The notes beneath the pieces are model-generated. The model saw nothing but the letters and a program-made list of their open reading frames with translations. It had not been told where the DNA came from and searched no databases. A program made the translations under genes and the position numbers. 64,000 bases of DNA from a virus, in the UHGV virus genome UHGV-0086135; one strand, 5' to 3'. This document shows positions 58,244 to 64,000 of this stretch, piece after piece (positions within the stretch are counted from its first letter, which is position 1; each line of letters opens with the position of its first letter).

Positions 58244-59413
58244 ATGAGCACAGTTTTTAATACAAATCCAGTTGATGTTTTAAAAGAACCTATGTTCTTC
58301 GGTTCAGGTCTTGGTATTGCGCGTTATGATATTCAACGCCATAAAGTTTTTGAAGATTTAACCGAAAAGCAATTATCATTTTTCTGGCGTCCTGAAGAAG
58401 TAAACTTGATGATGGATGCTGCACAATTTAACAAGCTTCCTCAATATCAGCAAGATATTTTTACTAATAATCTGAAGTATCAATCACTTCTAGATAGCAT
58501 TCAGGGTCGTGCACCGTCTGCTGTACTTATGTCGTTAATTTCAGACCCAAGTCTTGATACATGGGTTGCTACATGGACTTTTAGTGAAACTATTCACAGC
58601 CGTTCATACACTCATATTATGCGAAATCTTTATACTGATCCGTCAAAAGTGTTTGATGAGATTGTATTAGATAAAGCTATTATGAAACGTGCTGAATCTA
58701 TTGGTCGCTATTACGATGATGTTCTAGTTAAGACTCGTGAATATCAGAATGCGGTTGAAGATTATGAAGGAATTTTATCAGAAGGATTTCGCAAAGAAGA
58801 GTTAGGCAAAGTTGTTGAATGTACTAAACAAGCACTAATGAAATCTCTTTATCTTTGCCTTCATGTAATCAATGCACTGGAAGCTATTCGTTTTTACGTA
58901 TCTTTCGCGTGTACATTTAACTTCCATAAGAACATGGAAATCATGGAAGGTAATGCCAAGATTATGAAGTTCATTGCTCGTGATGAGCAACTTCATCTTA
59001 AAGGAACCCAATATATTATTCGTCAACTTCAACTTGGTACTGATGGTGATGAATGGGTTAAAATCGCCCAAGAGTGTGAACAAGAAGCAGTTGATATTTT
59101 CATGGAAGTTAACCGTCAAGAAAAAGACTGGGCAGTTCATTTATTTAAAGATGGCGATGTTCCTGGATTAAATACAAATAGCATGTGGAGCTTTATTGAT
59201 TACTTAACTGTATCTCGTATGAAACAGTGTGGTCTTCCATGCCCAATTACCGATGCTCCGGTTAAACATCCGTATCCTTGGATTCGTGAATACCTTAATT
59301 CTGATAATGTTCAATCCGCGCCACAGGAAGTAGAACTGTCATCTTACCTTGTAGCACAGATTGATAATGATGTTGATGATAAAGTTATGATGAGTTTTAA
59401 AAAATATTTTTAA
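58244..59413 (+). CDS. nrdB: ribonucleotide reductase small subunit NrdB, uninterrupted (no intron)
   Basis: 389 aa continuous ORF with ferritin-like iron ligands; followed by terminator. Confidence 0.9.
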   Translation: MSTVFNTNPVDVLKEPMFFGSGLGIARYDIQRHKVFEDLTEKQLSFFWRPEEVNLMMDAAQFNKLPQYQQDIFTNNLKYQSLLDSIQGRAPSAVLMSLISDPSLDTWVATWTFSETIHSRSYTHIMRNLYTDPSKVFDEIVLDKAIMKRAESIGRYYDDVLVKTREYQNAVEDYEGILSEGFRKEELGKVVECTKQALMKSLYLCLHVINALEAIRFYVSFACTFNFHKNMEIMEGNAKIMKFIARDEQLHLKGTQYIIRQLQLGTDGDEWVKIAQECEQEAVDIFMEVNRQEKDWAVHLFKDGDVPGLNTNSMWSFIDYLTVSRMKQCGLPCPITDAPVKHPYPWIREYLNSDNVQSAPQEVELSSYLVAQIDNDVDDKVMMSFKKYF

Positions 59414-59417
59414 GGAG

Positions 59418-59437
59418 TGGGCCGCAAGGCCCATTTT
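59418..59437 (+). terminator. intrinsic terminator after nrdB
   Basis: UGGGCC-GCAA-GGCCCA hairpin plus UUUU. Confidence 0.65.
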
Positions 59438-59440
59438 ATT

Positions 59441-61028
<1,588 letters not shown>

Positions 61029-61031
61029 GCT

Positions 61032-61061
61032 GTTTACAAGTCCCTTGTGTTGTGTTATAGT
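61032..61061 (+). promoter_or_regulatory. early promoter upstream of alc
   Basis: -35 GTTTACA, 18 nt, TGTTATAGT. Confidence 0.6.
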
Positions 61062-61092
61062 AGTCTTACTGACATAACATGAGGACTTTATG

Positions 61093-61596
61093 ATGGATTT
61101 GCAGCTTATTACTACTGAGATGGTCGTTGAAGCATACGGTGATACTACAGATGGGATTTCTGTATTTAAAGGAAATCGTCGAGTTGGATATATCACCGAT
61201 CTTAAGAAAGATTTAGCTAAGCAAGTCAAGCGGAAAACGACCATTAAAGAATATCGAAATCGTCGTCTTGAGCAAGCCCGTGATATGCTTCCTGATGCGG
61301 TTGAGGAGATGAAAGTCTTTTTAGAAAATCAGCTTGCGAAATATGATTGTGATGTGTTCATTAATCAGACTCAACCTAATGTTCATATTAACAACTGTAA
61401 ATGCTATATCATCGTTAATCCTTTAACGGGAAAACATCGTCTTGGAATTAGTAATCCAAATCGTAGCGCATCGGATATGGCAGAAGATGTTGAGGCATGC
61501 TTTAAAATTTCTAAATCTCCGGCTGAACATCATATTTTAATTAACGGTCTTTCTCAAGACGATATTATAGAGGTTATTAAAACTTTATGCAATTAA
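61093..61596 (+). CDS. alc: Alc (inhibitor of host transcription on cytosine DNA)
   Basis: 167 aa from second ATG as T4 Alc; position after gene 63; own early promoter. Confidence 0.65.
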   Translation: MDLQLITTEMVVEAYGDTTDGISVFKGNRRVGYITDLKKDLAKQVKRKTTIKEYRNRRLEQARDMLPDAVEEMKVFLENQLAKYDCDVFINQTQPNVHINNCKCYIIVNPLTGKHRLGISNPNRSASDMAEDVEACFKISKSPAEHHILINGLSQDDIIEVIKTLCN

Positions 61597-61940
61597 GTAA
61601 TACGACAACAGGCTTGCTATTAATTGTAATTGCATTGGGCGGAACTTCTTTAATTTTAAAAAATAAAATTGAAAGATTAGAAACGTCTGTTGTAGAAATT
61701 ACAAAAACGGCCAATGAAAACGCTTTAGCATTAAATAATTTGCGAATTCAGTATAATTATATTGATGCGATGAATAATAAAAATCGTGAGGCAATTGCTG
61801 CTATTGAGCGTGAAAATGAAAAACTGCGCAAAGACGCAAAGAAGGCGGATGTGGTGGCTCATAAGCCAGGATTGGTTGAAAAACAAATCAACAACTCCTT
61901 CAACAAGTTCGCAGAAGACATCCAGGACCTTTCTAAATGA
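61587..61940 (+). CDS. membrane-anchored coiled-coil protein (117 aa)
   Basis: N-terminal TM helix LLLIVIALGGTSLIL then coiled-coil-like region. Confidence 0.5.
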   Translation: MQLSNTTTGLLLIVIALGGTSLILKNKIERLETSVVEITKTANENALALNNLRIQYNYIDAMNNKNREAIAAIERENEKLRKDAKKADVVAHKPGLVEKQINNSFNKFAEDIQDLSK

Positions 61941-62236
61941 TTAAACTATCAGCAGTAATATTATCTATTGGTCTTCTAGTTGGTTGTTCGACAAAGCCTC
62001 TAGAAGTAAAGAAAGAAACAGTTCATCCTAATTGGCCTGTGCAGATAAAGTCATACGATGAAGCTAAACTATCCTGGCAAGTTAAAGTTATTGATGGTAA
62101 AGCTTGGGTCGGTATGCCATTTGAAGATTCCCAGGAATTTCGTATTTGGCTTAATGATGTAAAACGATATGTGCATGACCAGAAAACTATGATATGTTAT
62201 TATCGTCAAGAGCTAAAAGAGGATAAATGTAAATGA
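61937..62236 (+). CDS. putative lipoprotein (99 aa)
   Basis: Signal peptide with lipobox LVGC. Confidence 0.5.
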   Translation: MIKLSAVILSIGLLVGCSTKPLEVKKETVHPNWPVQIKSYDEAKLSWQVKVIDGKAWVGMPFEDSQEFRIWLNDVKRYVHDQKTMICYYRQELKEDKCK

Positions 62237-62459
62237 TTTCATGGCATCAATTTGAACATCTCAAAGGATTGATTTATGAATCCGAGATGGCTGCAATGAT
62301 TTATGGACGCCAGATTCAACGATTAGAATCTTTACCTCCAACTAATGATGTTTTATTAGCTCAATCTCGTGCTAATCTTAAAAATGAATACCAAAATAAG
62401 TGGGGTAAAGCATCTAAAGACCTACATGATTATATTCAATCATTGGTTGAGAAAAATAG

Positions 62460-62463
<4 letters not shown>
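62233..62463 (+). CDS. hypothetical protein (76 aa)
   Basis: ATGA overlap. Confidence 0.45.
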
Positions 62464-63684
<1,221 letters not shown>

Positions 63685-63685
<1 letters not shown>

Positions 63686-63882
63686 TGGCTTGGCATCATG
63701 AAACTTGGGCTATTATTATTGTAAATAGCGGTTTAGTTGGTACTAGTAATGGGCAATTTTGTGTATTCACTAGTGAAATCAGAGCTTGGGAGGAATGCCT
63801 TAAATTAAGAGAAAAGAATCCTGATGTTGAACTAACAGTAAAGAAAACTAAACTGCCTTTACCATGGAAAACTTATGAATAA
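63685..63882 (+). CDS. hypothetical protein (65 aa)
   Basis: TAATG overlap with pseT. Confidence 0.45.
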
Positions 63883-64000
63883 CATAGAAAAGATTTATCG
63901 GCTTTGTGATAAAATTGAAAAAGAAAAGAAATATCTATTTTGTTTATGGCCTATTGTTGATGGAAGAGTAGGCTTAGATGTTCTTGATTATGAAACAGAA
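63875..64000 (+). CDS. hypothetical protein, 5' part (3' end outside window)
   Basis: ATG 63875 overlapping upstream stop; open to window end. Confidence 0.35.
   Translation, partial: MNNIEKIYRLCDKIEKEKKYLFCLWPIVDGRVGLDVLDYETE

Overview
This window reads as a contiguous segment of a T4-like (T-even, Tequatrovirus-type) myophage genome, syntenic with T4 almost gene for gene. All calls rest on my recall of T4 proteins, gene lengths and gene order; no database search was possible. Plus strand, 0-38.6 kb: replication and early genes (gp44 C-terminus, gp62, regA, DNA polymerase gp43, imm, dCMP hydroxymethylase gp42, uvsX, gp40, helicase gp41, sp, primase gp61, dCTPase gp56, soc, ADP-ribosyltransferase pair, srd, dda, dexA, motB, topoisomerase gp39, rIIA, rIIB, ndd, stp, ac, gp52, motA, arn, asiA). 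Minus strand, 38.6-48.8 kb: late block with holin t, adhesin gp38 and long-tail-fibre genes gp37, gp36, gp35, gp34. Plus strand, 48.8-64 kb: rnh, dsbA, gp33, gp59, gp32, frd, td, nrdA, nrdB, denA, RNA ligase 1, alc, pseT. The phage is not T4 itself: topoisomerase gp39 is unsplit (no gene 60 bypass), td and nrdB are intronless, gp38 is a glycine-rich T2-type adhesin, the glycosyltransferase is a 280-aa DxD-type enzyme, and a GIY-YIG homing endonuclease sits between gene 42 and the glycosyltransferase. The backbone is punctuated by islands of small unknown ORFs, several behind repeated stem-loop plus early-promoter plus leader cassettes with mosaic (recombinant) structure. I found no CRISPR array, tRNA or rRNA. 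No single locus can be shown from sequence alone to be a new system; the best candidates for undescribed accessory functions are the promoter-cassette islands at 30.5-33.0 kb and 52.1-53.7 kb, the 41-61 interval, and the opposite-strand membrane-protein gene at 13.1-13.3 kb.
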